Positions 52,227 to 62,360 of a DNA stretch of 64,000 nucleotides are shown one piece after another. The first letter of the stretch is position 1; each line of letters opens with the position of its first letter. Origin of the DNA: Spirochaetia bacterium (GTDB taxonomy: Bacteria > Spirochaetota > Spirochaetia > UBA9216). The position numbers were made by a program, and so were the translations under genes. The stretch is taken from contig OZ223272.1 of NCBI GenBank assembly GCA_965140585.1, forward strand, positions 352,001 to 416,000. The letters are read 5' to 3'. The notes beneath the pieces were generated by a model that was not told the DNA's origin, searched no databases, and was given only the letters and a program-made list of their open reading frames with translations.

Positions 52227-53399
52227 ATGAACCAGTTAACAGCATACTTTAAGAACAACCTCCGGCAGAACGGAATGGTTATGGCTCTTATTTTTATAAT
52301 GATTCTGTTCCAGATCCTGACCGGCGGCATTCTGTTCAGATCAATGAACGTAAATAACCTTGTGCTTCAGAATGCATATGTAATGATACTGGCCACAGGA
52401 ATGCTTCTATGCATTCTGACCGGCAATATTGACCTGTCCATAGGTTCGGTAGTTGCTTTTGTCGGCGCCGTTGCGGCAGTAATGATGGTTGACTGGGGAT
52501 TTCCTGTTCCACTGACAATTCTCGTAGCACTGATTATCGGTATCCTTGTCGGGGCCTTTCACGGCTACTTTATTGCCTACATGCATATTCCCGCATTTAT
52601 TGTTACCCTTGCCGGAATGCTTATCTGGCGCGGACTGACCATGGTAATTCTGAAGGGTCAGACAAAATCACCATTTGAAACAAGCTTCCAGGCCCTTGCA
52701 GCAGGGTATCTGCCGGGAGGCAACCTGCACTTCGGCGGATTCAACGCTATTGCAATAATACTCGGTATTGTTGTTTCAATTCTCTTTATCATAAATCTGA
52801 TAGGTTCAAGAAAGAACAAGATAAAATACGGCTTCGAAGTCGTCTCATTCTGGATAGAGCTGATAAAAATCGGTTTTATAATTCTTGCTATAAACCTGCT
52901 CACCTTCAGCCTGGCAGACTACAACGGTATTCCAATTGTCCTTATACTTCTGGTAGGACTAATACTGCTGTACACATTCATTACCCAGAGGACCATAATC
53001 GGAAGACATATATATGCCCTTGGAGGAAACGAGAAGGCCGCAAGGCTTTCCGGGGTAAAGACCCAGAGAGTTATGTTCCTTGTTTATACAAATATGGGTC
53101 TGCTTTCTGCTCTTGCAGGTATAATCGTAGCCGGAAGACTCAACGCAGCCGGACCAAAAGCCGGAACCAATTTCGAGCTTGACGCTATTGCCTCCTGCTT
53201 TATAGGCGGTGCATCCGCATCCGGCGGAGTGGGAACCATTATAGGGGCCATTATCGGAGGTCTTGTTATGGGAATTCTCAACAACGGAATGTCCATCATG
53301 GGCGTCAGCGTAGACTGGCAGCAGACCATCAAGGGGGTTGTACTGCTTCTGGCAGTTATCTTTGATGTTGCGACAAAGAAGAAGAGTCTGGCAAGCTGA
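52227..53399 (+). CDS. mmsB: Multiple-monosaccharide ABC permease (GguB/MmsB)
   Basis: NIDLSIGS, PAFIVTLAGML.WRG, GGNEKAA.LSG and FELDAIA.CFIGG. Confidence 0.9.
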   Translation: MNQLTAYFKNNLRQNGMVMALIFIMILFQILTGGILFRSMNVNNLVLQNAYVMILATGMLLCILTGNIDLSIGSVVAFVGAVAAVMMVDWGFPVPLTILVALIIGILVGAFHGYFIAYMHIPAFIVTLAGMLIWRGLTMVILKGQTKSPFETSFQALAAGYLPGGNLHFGGFNAIAIILGIVVSILFIINLIGSRKNKIKYGFEVVSFWIELIKIGFIILAINLLTFSLADYNGIPIVLILLVGLILLYTFITQRTIIGRHIYALGGNEKAARLSGVKTQRVMFLVYTNMGLLSALAGIIVAGRLNAAGPKAGTNFELDAIASCFIGGASASGGVGTIIGAIIGGLVMGILNNGMSIMGVSVDWQQTIKGVVLLLAVIFDVATKKKSLAS

Positions 53400-53420
53400 T
53401 CATTGAATTTTGTTTTACAT

Positions 53421-53457
53421 AAAGAGCTGAGGCAGTGTGCGCTCAGCTCTTTTTTTA
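53421..53457 (+). terminator. Intrinsic terminator between convergent mmsB and xylB
   Basis: AAAGAGCTGAG...CTCAGCTCTTTTTTT. Confidence 0.85.
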
Positions 53458-53464
53458 TGCGATG

Positions 53465-54952
53465 TCAGCAGTGCATCAGCTCTTTATTGTTCTCATACAG
53501 CTTCCGGTATTTAAGAAACTGCTCTGCATAGAGTTCTGAATTTACGGGATTCGGAGAATATGTCTTATCAGAATACTTTACATGTCTTGAACAGGCTTCC
53601 TCTATCGATGAAAAGATCCCCGTTCCGCTTCCGGCAACAATACAGGCGCCCATACAAGACTGTTCCGGCGTTGTACATATCTCAATCTCAGTATTAAAGA
53701 TATCCGCCTGCATCTGCAGCCAGAGCGGACTTGCGGTTCCGCCTCCCGCAGCTATCAGTCTATCCGGTTTCACACCAATTTCCTTCAGGATTGCCAGGGA
53801 ATCATTAAGGCTGAAAACAACCCCCTCCATCACTGCGCGGCAGAGGGTATTCTGCTCATGTCCAAGCTTAAGGCCGAAAAACATGCCGCTTGCCGCCGGA
53901 TCCATATGAGGGGTTCGCTCCCCGGTAAGGTAGGGCAGAAATATGACGCCTCCGCTTCCCGGAGGCACTTCAGCGGCGGATCTAATCAGCTGTTCATAGG
54001 ATGCGGAGGTCCTTAGTATTCCGTTTTTAAGCCATTTCAGAGATATGCCTCCGCAGAGAATTGCCCCGAAGACCGAATATGCATCATCCACCGCATGGCA
54101 GAAGGTGTGGGTTCTAAGCTTAGGATCATAGATACCGCTTCTGCTGAGTGCGGCAACCTGGCCGGAAGTTCCGATATTAGAAGTGACTATACCTTCCTTC
54201 ACTGCACCGTTGCCTATACTCTGCGCCTGCTGATCTCCCGAGCCGTGGACAACAGGGATTCCCTCACGCAGTCCGGATTCTGCAGAAGCGACTTTAGTTA
54301 CCGTTCCTGCTGTCATGGAAGAAGCGGAGAGCGTCGGAAACATCGAACTGTCGATATCAAGCCTGTCCAGCAGATCAAAGGCCCAGTTTTTATCCGGCAT
54401 GGAAAATGCCGCCGAAGCAGAGGCATCGGAATATTCACAGCCGGCAATACTGGTCAGCCTGAACCGGATATAATCTTTGGGAAGCATAATTTTATCAATT
54501 TTTGAGTAGATTTCAGACCTGTTTCTTTTCATCCACAGTAAGGTCGGCAAGGCAAATCCGACAGGCACTGGATTACGGAATAGTTCAGCGGTTTTTTCAG
54601 GAGGATAGACCGATTCTATTTCCGCGGCTTCAGCAGCAGCACGCTGATCCAGCCATATAACCGCCGGATACAGAGGCCTTCCGTCCCGGCCGAGCATCAC
54701 TAAACCGTGCATCTGCGAGGCAAAGCCGATTGCAGACACTGCATCAAAGTCTTTTCTGAAACCGGCCTTAAGCTCGGCCAGACATTCCAGTATACGCCGC
54801 CACCACAGCTCGAGAGATTGCTCCGCCCAGCCGATTTGCGGAATAGCAACATCATAGCCCCGTGAGGCTGATGAAATGATCCCCCGGTCTGAGTCAAGCA
54901 GCATTGTTTTAACATTCGAGGTCCCTAGATCAATACCTAGTATCACAGCCAT
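53465..54952 (-). CDS. xylB: FGGY kinase, xylulokinase-like
   Basis: GIDLGTS, QMHG, WLDQR, PKDY, GDQ, GTSG, PYL.GERTP and GGG..S.LW.Q..AD. Confidence 0.8.
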   Translation of the reverse strand: MAVILGIDLGTSNVKTMLLDSDRGIISSASRGYDVAIPQIGWAEQSLELWWRRILECLAELKAGFRKDFDAVSAIGFASQMHGLVMLGRDGRPLYPAVIWLDQRAAAEAAEIESVYPPEKTAELFRNPVPVGFALPTLLWMKRNRSEIYSKIDKIMLPKDYIRFRLTSIAGCEYSDASASAAFSMPDKNWAFDLLDRLDIDSSMFPTLSASSMTAGTVTKVASAESGLREGIPVVHGSGDQQAQSIGNGAVKEGIVTSNIGTSGQVAALSRSGIYDPKLRTHTFCHAVDDAYSVFGAILCGGISLKWLKNGILRTSASYEQLIRSAAEVPPGSGGVIFLPYLTGERTPHMDPAASGMFFGLKLGHEQNTLCRAVMEGVVFSLNDSLAILKEIGVKPDRLIAAGGGTASPLWLQMQADIFNTEIEICTTPEQSCMGACIVAGSGTGIFSSIEEACSRHVKYSDKTYSPNPVNSELYAEQFLKYRKLYENNKELMHC

Positions 54953-55021
54953 AAGCAGTTCCTTATAGCAGAATATTAGCACTGCCGGATAGGGCGGTCA
55001 AATTTTTAATCAGATCCGGCT

Positions 55022-55618
55022 TCAGTCTATAATCTTAATCCCGAAGTCATTCAGAAGATTCAGAACCTCCGGCGCATCAAAGACAGCCTTTTTAATATTG
55101 TTGTTCAGAGGGCTTATCGCATATCCTGAAGCCTTAACAAAACTGCAGCGTTCAAGATTGGTATTATGGAACAGAGTTTCCCTGAAAGTCGACCCCGAAA
55201 AATCAGAACCGGTAAGCATAGTATCCTGAAAATAGCATTCACTTATCTCACATCCAATGAACTGGGTATCCCTGATTTTCATACCCGTAAAATTGCAGCT
55301 TACAAGCCGGCAGCCGGAAAAACTGACTTCAAATGCAAAGGGGTTTGAATTAAAAAAAGGCATCCCCATTAGCTTCGAATCAATGAATTTAACATCACAG
55401 AACTTGGCATCACTGATATTTACATTGGAAAGGTTGCATCCTGTAAAGCTGCATCTTTCAAACTCGCAGCCTCCGAAATCGGCGTTCGAAAAATCAATAT
55501 TCAGAAACTCACGGTTGTAATATGTCTCGCCGGGTACAACTGCCGGACTTTCTTCCGGAAGCTCGCCGGGGACGCCTTCCTCACTGTCCTCAGGCTCACT
55601 GAAAAGTTCGTTCTGCAT
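55022..55618 (-). CDS. Pentapeptide-repeat protein
   Basis: Five-residue periodicity (ADFGG CEFER CSFTG CNLSN ... SDFSG STFRE TLFHN TNLER) after an acidic N-terminal tail. Confidence 0.9.
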   Translation of the reverse strand: MQNELFSEPEDSEEGVPGELPEESPAVVPGETYYNREFLNIDFSNADFGGCEFERCSFTGCNLSNVNISDAKFCDVKFIDSKLMGMPFFNSNPFAFEVSFSGCRLVSCNFTGMKIRDTQFIGCEISECYFQDTMLTGSDFSGSTFRETLFHNTNLERCSFVKASGYAISPLNNNIKKAVFDAPEVLNLLNDFGIKIID

Positions 55619-55620
55619 CT

Positions 55621-56517
55621 CTACTCCTGTAAATCAACCGTTCCGGATGTGACCATAACGCAGTTTCCGCCTATATGCGCGGAGACAACCTTTCCCTCTT
55701 TTTTCAAAGCCCTGGCCTTTAGCAGACTGGGGCGGCCCATCTCAATCCCCTGCCCTATTCGAAAATCAATTCTGCAGCTGTCATTTGGTTCAAGGCTTGC
55801 AAGGTATGCGGCAAGTGCACAGTTGGCGCTTCCCGTTGCCGGGTCTTCAAATATACCATCAAGCGGGGCGAACATCCTGGTACGAAGATCGTATTCATCG
55901 TTGGAACGCACATAGAGATGGATATTCATATGTTCATCCACTGTCTTTAGCTCCTTCATGGCAGACAGATCCGGCTCGGCACGTCGGAGGGCATCAACTG
56001 AAACAAGCTCGGTCATCAGAAAAGGAAAACCAACCGAAGCCTGCTCAGGCATATGAACAGAGGTTTTTATATCGCCAGGCGACAGACCGACGGACTGAGC
56101 AACCTGTTCCGGAGCAAGCGTGATACCGGTGCTGAAAGCTTCAGGGGCTTCCAGTTCACATATATAACTTTCACCGCTTTTCCTGAATGAAACCGGGACC
56201 ATCCCGGCCGGCTCTTCAAAAAGAAGAGGCTTTGATTCATCAGCTTCCGCATAGCCTTCAGATAGCAGAACAAAGGCAGTTCCGACATTCGGATGGCCGG
56301 CAAAAGGGACCTCCCTCTCGGGAGTGAAGATTCTAACCCTCCTGCTACCGCCTTTTTCCGGAGGCAGGACAAAGGTGCATTCTGAAAAGTTGAACTCCCG
56401 CGTCAGCTGCTGCATCTGTGCGGAACTCAGGCCTCGAGCCTCGGGAAACACTGCAAGCTGGTTGCCTCCGAACATCCTGTCTGTAAATACATCACATGTA
56501 TGAAATCTGTATTTCAT
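55621..56517 (-). CDS. PhzF-family isomerase
   Basis: DVF....[31 protein letters not shown] and QG.EMGRPS. Confidence 0.92.
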   Translation of the reverse strand: MKYRFHTCDVFTDRMFGGNQLAVFPEARGLSSAQMQQLTREFNFSECTFVLPPEKGGSRRVRIFTPEREVPFAGHPNVGTAFVLLSEGYAEADESKPLLFEEPAGMVPVSFRKSGESYICELEAPEAFSTGITLAPEQVAQSVGLSPGDIKTSVHMPEQASVGFPFLMTELVSVDALRRAEPDLSAMKELKTVDEHMNIHLYVRSNDEYDLRTRMFAPLDGIFEDPATGSANCALAAYLASLEPNDSCRIDFRIGQGIEMGRPSLLKARALKKEGKVVSAHIGGNCVMVTSGTVDLQE

Positions 56518-56951
56518 TTTTTAATCCTCACAGCACCGGCCAGTTCGTAAACCGGCCACTGTTCCAGCCGGTAAATATAAAGAATACCGATTACAGCCTG
56601 GACAGCTCCGATAACAAAAAATATAACATGCAGCGAAACAATTCCCTGCAGAATTATACACTGAATAATGATCCAGAGAGCAAGTACTGCACCTATAGCG
56701 GCAGTGCCGTACCCTTTGAATTCAGGAAGCAGTCTGGTAAGAAAAATCACCAGCAGGTTTCCCAGCCCCAGGACTATAAACAGAAAAAGTCCGGGTACCA
56801 GAAAAGTTTCAAAGGGGCCAAGCTTAAGAGTCCCGGACGGCATCCCCATAGGATTAAACGGATCAGCAAGAGCTCCGAACCCGCCGCCGCATGCACCAAG
56901 ACCGACAAGAAGATGCAGAAAAATTCTCAGACCTTCAATTACTTTCATCAA
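56514..56951 (-). CDS. Hypothetical 4-TM membrane protein
   Basis: GA.GGG....DP, PF..F..PGL.L and WI..Q. Overlaps both neighbours by 4 nt. Confidence 0.75.
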   Translation of the reverse strand: MMKVIEGLRIFLHLLVGLGACGGGFGALADPFNPMGMPSGTLKLGPFETFLVPGLFLFIVLGLGNLLVIFLTRLLPEFKGYGTAAIGAVLALWIIIQCIILQGIVSLHVIFFVIGAVQAVIGILYIYRLEQWPVYELAGAVRIKK

Positions 56952-58294
56952 TCGCCTCCCAGGCGGCCTTCCGCCCTTAAATAATATGCAAGAGCAATCA
57001 TCATAGTACCATTGCCGTACTCTGAGCTTCCCATGCGGTTTATCACAGTTTCAGCCGGGACAAGATCAAAGTCAACAAATTCTGTTTCATCAAGTTCCTG
57101 CCCGCCTCTATGTACAAGCTCCTCCGCGAGGAATACAGTGAATTTATTCATAAAAAAGGCAGGATTAGGGTTAACGCTTCCCAGCCAGGTAAGTTTATCC
57201 GAACTGTAGCCGGTCTCCTCAAGAAGCTCTCTTGCCGCAGATGATTCAGGCTCCTCTCCCGGCTCAACGGTTCCTGCCGGGAACTCCGTGGTTATCTCTT
57301 TGGAGCCGTGCCGGTACTGTCTTACCATAAGAAAGTATTTACCGTCTGCCTTCTCAATAACCGGGATCACGGTTACCCAGCCGGGGGCTTCCAGCAGATA
57401 GGCCCTTGAGACATTCTTATCACTTGAGGTTCTCATGGAGGTATGTATCTTAAAAATCTTGCAGTCTACCATCTCCTCCCTGGAATTCTCAGTCCAGGTA
57501 AGATGTTTTTCATTTTCTATGGACTCAAATACTCCCAGACAGTCTTCACGCACCCGGAACCCGCGCTGTGTATCGGGAAGTTTTGCTGCAATATCATCAA
57601 GATATCCGCTTCTATGAATTATCCGCAGTGATTCCCGGTGGTTAAGATCCTTAATCCAGCTGAGCTGAACAAAAACAAAATCCTGGACACTCTGCAGGTT
57701 TTTAAAGGAGATTCTGCCGGTCTCTGTGTATTCATTGAAGACGGCATCGCATATATCATCAGCCTCGGGAAGAAAAAATGTGACCGACTGATCCTTATCA
57801 GGGTTGTTGTCGCCATAGTACTCACTCAGTACACGGTAGATATCAATCTTGTCGGCATCTCTTGTAAGCTCGGTGAAAAACAGCTGTTCGGGAGTAAGTC
57901 CGCCGGGAACAATCTTTGCATTATGATGGGCAACAGCGGTGTATATAACATCACGATCCTTTTCTTCAAGCCGTTCCAGAACTCCTTCCTGTTTCAGAAC
58001 CTTAACTCCCAGAGCACCGTGGTCCTCGGATTTTATATCCATGTATGTGCCGTATTTCTTAAACTGCTCAAATCGGCCGCAGTCATGAAGAAGCGAACAA
58101 AGGATGGCAAGCTGTCTCTGCCGTCCTTCAAGCTTCAGGGCATCAGCAAGCTTCTCAGCGGCATCAACAACCTTGTATGTGTGATTAATTTTGAGTCTGA
58201 TATTATGAACAAGGCTTTTATCGCCTGAGCAGAAGCTTTCAGAATATGTTTTAAACCAGTCCTCAATCTGCCGGATAAGAGTATTCTCTATCAT
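56948..58294 (-). CDS. HD-domain phosphohydrolase fused to a Nudix hydrolase
   Basis: H...LLHD.GRF.Q...DHG...HHN...RDADK, then the exact Nudix box GTVEPGEEPESSAARELLEETGY. Confidence 0.88.
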   Translation of the reverse strand: MIENTLIRQIEDWFKTYSESFCSGDKSLVHNIRLKINHTYKVVDAAEKLADALKLEGRQRQLAILCSLLHDCGRFEQFKKYGTYMDIKSEDHGALGVKVLKQEGVLERLEEKDRDVIYTAVAHHNAKIVPGGLTPEQLFFTELTRDADKIDIYRVLSEYYGDNNPDKDQSVTFFLPEADDICDAVFNEYTETGRISFKNLQSVQDFVFVQLSWIKDLNHRESLRIIHRSGYLDDIAAKLPDTQRGFRVREDCLGVFESIENEKHLTWTENSREEMVDCKIFKIHTSMRTSSDKNVSRAYLLEAPGWVTVIPVIEKADGKYFLMVRQYRHGSKEITTEFPAGTVEPGEEPESSAARELLEETGYSSDKLTWLGSVNPNPAFFMNKFTVFLAEELVHRGGQELDETEFVDFDLVPAETVINRMGSSEYGNGTMMIALAYYLRAEGRLGGD

Positions 58295-59393
58295 CTGTAC
58301 CCCTGAAATAGTAGTAGTTATCGTCCTTCCTTATAATCTCACATCCGTCGGGAAGTGTCACCTTCCCTCCGCCTCCGGGAAGATCAACAGCAAACTTAGG
58401 CATTGCCATTCCGGAAATCATCGTCCGCAGTTCAGATACTATCTTCAATGACTTTTTCAGAGGCACACGCAGATGAGAAGTCCCACCGGCAAGATCCCCC
58501 TGAAAAAGGTAATAGGGCTTCACTCCGGCTGCGAGAAGCGCTCTAAAAAGGCGGGCAAGCTGCTCCGGAGAATCATTTACACCGCGTAACAGCACAGTCT
58601 GGTTAAGAACCGGGACTCCGGCTTTAATCAATTCTTTAACAGCGGCGGCGGCTTCAGCTGTTACCTCGACAGCGGTATTGAAATGGGTAACCATCCAGAT
58701 TCCGCTGAAACCGCTTAGCATAGAAGTAAACTCCGGGGTGATTCGTGAAGGAAGCACCACAGGCATCCTGGAGCAGAGCCTGATGATCATGCCGGGACGG
58801 ACAGCCTTAATACTGTTTATTATCTCAAATAGCTTTTCATCTGAGAGTGTCAGCGGATCACCGCCTGAAAGCAGAATCTCGCCAATTTCAGAATGAGCGG
58901 CAATATATTCGCAGATGGTCTTAAGTTCCGTCGGCTTCAGAGCTCCGGATAACTGACCGGAAAACTCACGGCGAAAGCAGTGCCGGCAGAAGACTCCGCA
59001 GCTGTCGGCAGTCAGGATAAGCGCCCGGTCGGAATAGCGGTGTATGAATCTGCTGCAGGGAGAATATTTTTCTTCACCAAGGGGATCTTTCAGTTCATCC
59101 GGCGTGCTGCTGTATTCCGGCACGGACGGGATCGCCTGCCTGAGAACCGCCAGCCTGTCAGATTCCTGAAGTCCCTCTCTGAACGCGAGGCCAAGATAAT
59201 AGCGGGTGACCGCAAATGGAAGACAAGAACGCCCTCCTTCCGGTTTTACAGCAAGCCAGCGCTCAAGTTCTGATACAGGTGAGAAGGCATCTATTGAGAC
59301 GAATTCGTATTCTCTCAGTGCATCAATCAGTCCGGAAATATCGTTAATCCGGTTCTGCAGAGCTTTTTTCCAGTCGGAATATTCTTTAAGCAT
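58263..59393 (-). CDS. KamA-family radical SAM aminomutase (lysine 2,3-aminomutase/EpmB-like)
   Basis: DPL.E, HRY.DR, CGVFCRHCFRR, SGGDPL, NQ.VLLRGVND, PYYL and DLPGGGGK. Confidence 0.92.
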   Translation of the reverse strand: MLKEYSDWKKALQNRINDISGLIDALREYEFVSIDAFSPVSELERWLAVKPEGGRSCLPFAVTRYYLGLAFREGLQESDRLAVLRQAIPSVPEYSSTPDELKDPLGEEKYSPCSRFIHRYSDRALILTADSCGVFCRHCFRREFSGQLSGALKPTELKTICEYIAAHSEIGEILLSGGDPLTLSDEKLFEIINSIKAVRPGMIIRLCSRMPVVLPSRITPEFTSMLSGFSGIWMVTHFNTAVEVTAEAAAAVKELIKAGVPVLNQTVLLRGVNDSPEQLARLFRALLAAGVKPYYLFQGDLAGGTSHLRVPLKKSLKIVSELRTMISGMAMPKFAVDLPGGGGKVTLPDGCEIIRKDDNYYYFRGTDDREYSYPAD

Positions 59394-59512
59394 ATAAGGC
59401 AGATAATATCATAAAGGTGAATATTAACTCTATCCTAACCGCTTTAAAATCATTTCTTGACAAACCTTATCCATGGTTTTAAGGTTAATCATCATTTTAA
59501 AAGAAGGTAATT

Positions 59513-60853
59513 ATGGACAGTAAAAAAGAAGGAATGAAAGCCTATTACGGCATCACCTTTCTAATCGGCCTGGGATTTTTCACTATGGGCCTTATGGATC
59601 CCCTTTATGATACCTATGTTCCCATGTTCCTGCGGAACTACCTCTCATCCGACGGGCTTGTCGGCGGAATTATGGGAATTGATAACTTCTTCGCAATCCT
59701 GCTGATTCCCGTTTTCTCGGCTCTGTCCGACAGGACCAGGACACCGATAGGACGGAGGATGCCTTTCATCATTGTAACCCTGCCTGCAACTGCAATTCTG
59801 TTTTCACTGATGCCGACTGCGGCTCTTAAATCGATGATGTTTCTTATCATCTGTATATTCTTCCTGAACCTGTTCAAACAGGCGGCAAGAGGTCCTGTTG
59901 TAGCTCTTATGCCGGATATAATCCCGGGAGAATATCGGTCGGAGGCAAACGGCGTTATCAACACCATGGGCGGAATAGCAGCCATCGTGGGAACGGTCGC
60001 CCTTGCAAAGCTGTACGATGTAAAAGTACGAATACCGCTCTTCGGCGACAGCGTTGTCCCCTTTGAGACAACCGTAGCCGGCAGGGAGTCAACCTACATC
60101 GGAAAACTCCCCTTTGTGCTTGCAGGAGTTCTGGTAATTGTTGCGGTTCTTCTGCTTTTCTTCTTCGTAAAGGAAAAGAAAAACCCCGAGGGCTCGGAAG
60201 AGGAAAGTGCACCGGTATTTAAATCTCTTAAACTGATTCTTGCAGCGGAAGATAAGAGCGCGCTGTTCATACTCATATCACTGCTTCTGTGGTTCATTGG
60301 CTATCAGGGTGTGCTTCCCTGGGTCGGCATCTATTCAAAGGAATACCTCGGGCTTTCACCTGGAACAGCAGCACTTTCATCAGGAATGGTTGGAATAGCC
60401 TACGCCCTTTTCGCAATACCGTCAGGTGTTATAGCTCATAAAGTCGGCAGAAAAAAAGCTATCAGATTCTCACTTGTAGTAATTGCAGTTGTACTGCTTC
60501 TCTGCTTTCTACACCATCCGATTACAACAGCGCTGGGATTTTCACAGACAGCAAGCTATCTCAGTTTCTGGGTACTTCTCTTCCTTTTCGGAATGTTCTG
60601 GGTTTCAATTGTAACAAACTCATTCCCGATGCTCTGGCAGATGGCCACATACAAGGATATGGGGATTTACACAGGACTTTATTATTTCTTCTCACAGGCC
60701 GCAGGTATTGTAGCCCCTGTATTGACCGGAGGGCTCAGAGACCTCTTCGGAGACAGGATTATTTTTATCAATGCAGCTGTATTCATGGCCATTGCCTTCC
60801 TGGTTATGGGCAAGGTAAATAAGGGAGAACCCGAAACACTGAAAGATAAATGA
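59513..60853 (+). CDS. MFS transporter, maltose/sugar (SLC45/MalT-like)
   Basis: About twelve TM segments. SDRT.T.IGRR.PF, P..ALMPD, AN..IN and G.YTG.YY.FS. Confidence 0.85.
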   Translation: MDSKKEGMKAYYGITFLIGLGFFTMGLMDPLYDTYVPMFLRNYLSSDGLVGGIMGIDNFFAILLIPVFSALSDRTRTPIGRRMPFIIVTLPATAILFSLMPTAALKSMMFLIICIFFLNLFKQAARGPVVALMPDIIPGEYRSEANGVINTMGGIAAIVGTVALAKLYDVKVRIPLFGDSVVPFETTVAGRESTYIGKLPFVLAGVLVIVAVLLLFFFVKEKKNPEGSEEESAPVFKSLKLILAAEDKSALFILISLLLWFIGYQGVLPWVGIYSKEYLGLSPGTAALSSGMVGIAYALFAIPSGVIAHKVGRKKAIRFSLVVIAVVLLLCFLHHPITTALGFSQTASYLSFWVLLFLFGMFWVSIVTNSFPMLWQMATYKDMGIYTGLYYFFSQAAGIVAPVLTGGLRDLFGDRIIFINAAVFMAIAFLVMGKVNKGEPETLKDK

Positions 60854-61239
60854 GTCTATTAAGCAGACTTAAACAAAAGGCTTCTGACATTAAAAAAAAG
60901 ACTGCAGTGCTCTATATTGCACTGCAGTCTCCTGATACAGGGCTTCCTGCAAAAATAATGGCAGTAATCACAATAGCCTATGCAATGAGCCCTGTAGATC
61001 TGATTCCGGACTTCATACCGGTACTCGGCCTGCTTGATGATCTAATCCTGCTGCCTTTATTCATAATGCTTACAATAAAGCTGATTCCGGAGCATGTACT
61101 GGCTGAAGCTGAAAAGCAGGCTGATGAAAATCCGCCTGATCTTAAAAAAAACAAGACAGCCGCAACAGTAATAATACTGCTTTGGACTGCCCTGTTTGCA
61201 ATGCTTATATTTAGAATAATTTCACTGACTGCAGATTAA
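60850..61239 (+). CDS. YkvA/DUF1232 membrane protein
   Basis: YAMSPVDLIPDFIPVLGLLDD. Confidence 0.9.
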   Translation: MSLLSRLKQKASDIKKKTAVLYIALQSPDTGLPAKIMAVITIAYAMSPVDLIPDFIPVLGLLDDLILLPLFIMLTIKLIPEHVLAEAEKQADENPPDLKKNKTAATVIILLWTALFAMLIFRIISLTAD

Positions 61240-62180
61240 ATGCTTATTTCACCTTCGGTGTAGGTATTATTCAAATACCAGTTGGAAACCTTACTCATTG
61301 CCCAGGGTGAATAAATACCTATAGTGATGATACATAAAAGCCCCTGGCCCCAGAGCAGCAGAAAACCCTTTCCGGCTGTGCCTTCAAAGCCTCCGTTACC
61401 GACAAGCTCGCCCTCGCTGTTGTAGATATTCGAACCTGCCACTATATAACGGTAAATTTTAACAATTGCTGCAGGGTAGTAAATACCTGCTGTTATGATG
61501 GTTAAAAGTATCTGAGATACAAGGAAGCCGGCAAAGGAGCCCATTGACTTTTCAAATCGTACATTAAGACCGCTGTAGCGGATATTCACAATCCATGCGG
61601 CATAATAGTAGATAAAAGGAATCATTACCAGGAAGATGAATATTATAAACATAAAGGTTGAAACAGCTACAGTACCGCTGTAGAAATACGGGTCGTATGA
61701 GCGGGCCATGAAAAATACATAAATACCGGTCAGGACAAGAACCGGAAGCAGGAAAGCCAGGAGAAAATATTTTAAAAGTTTTCCCGGTCGACTAAGCAGT
61801 TCTCCGTCTTTTCCATTCAGATGTATGTTTGACAGGTAATAATTCATATAGCCCTTAAGATACCAGGGCGAATAGATTCCGAGAGTTATCATTGTGAGAA
61901 GCAGCCACTTTATCAGTTTGGGAGCAAACTCTCTGATGCTTCCGGAAAACTCAAACTCAGAGCCCAGAAATCTGACATGACTAACCGCATATGCCACAAA
62001 GGCAAAGCCTAAGAGTGCTGAAAGAAAGGAATAAATTATCTCCATAATAACCGACAGGGCAGGTACCGATTCATTCATTGCCGTCGAACCGACAGCCAGT
62101 ATCAGAATCGGAATATAAAACAGGATGAAGGTTTTAAAAAACCCCTTTCCCCTGATTTCCGCCTCGAAATTATTTTTCAT
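61236..62180 (-). CDS. DUF898/YjgN-like membrane protein with three internal repeats
   Basis: Repeats LLTMITLGIYSPW, LLTIITAGIYYPA and LLCIITIGIYSPW. AAGGAG RBS. Confidence 0.75.
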   Translation of the reverse strand: MKNNFEAEIRGKGFFKTFILFYIPILILAVGSTAMNESVPALSVIMEIIYSFLSALLGFAFVAYAVSHVRFLGSEFEFSGSIREFAPKLIKWLLLTMITLGIYSPWYLKGYMNYYLSNIHLNGKDGELLSRPGKLLKYFLLAFLLPVLVLTGIYVFFMARSYDPYFYSGTVAVSTFMFIIFIFLVMIPFIYYYAAWIVNIRYSGLNVRFEKSMGSFAGFLVSQILLTIITAGIYYPAAIVKIYRYIVAGSNIYNSEGELVGNGGFEGTAGKGFLLLWGQGLLCIITIGIYSPWAMSKVSNWYLNNTYTEGEISI

Positions 62181-62275
62181 AGTTAATCTCCTTATTGTTT
62201 CTATGATAGACAATATACAGCAATAAGTACAATCTTCAGGTACTTTTATTCAGGATTTCAGCTGACTACAAAAAC

Positions 62276-62307
62276 AAAAAAAATCGGCCCGCTTGCGCGG
62301 AACCGAT
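62276..62307 (-). terminator. Intrinsic terminator of polA-coaE-SPOR
   Basis: ATCGGTTCCGC-GCAA-GCGGGCCGAT plus a T-run on the minus strand. Confidence 0.8.
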
Positions 62308-62360
62308 AGAACCCAAATTTATGAGCCTCTGCGGCGGGTTACCGGCAGTGCCCTTTTTCC

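Noticed and set aside
59436-59486. LacI-like site (TAACCGCTTTA), DnaA-like box and AACCTTA...TAAGGTT dyad before the MFS gene
   Set aside because: Single weak matches with no local regulator or second copy to support them.
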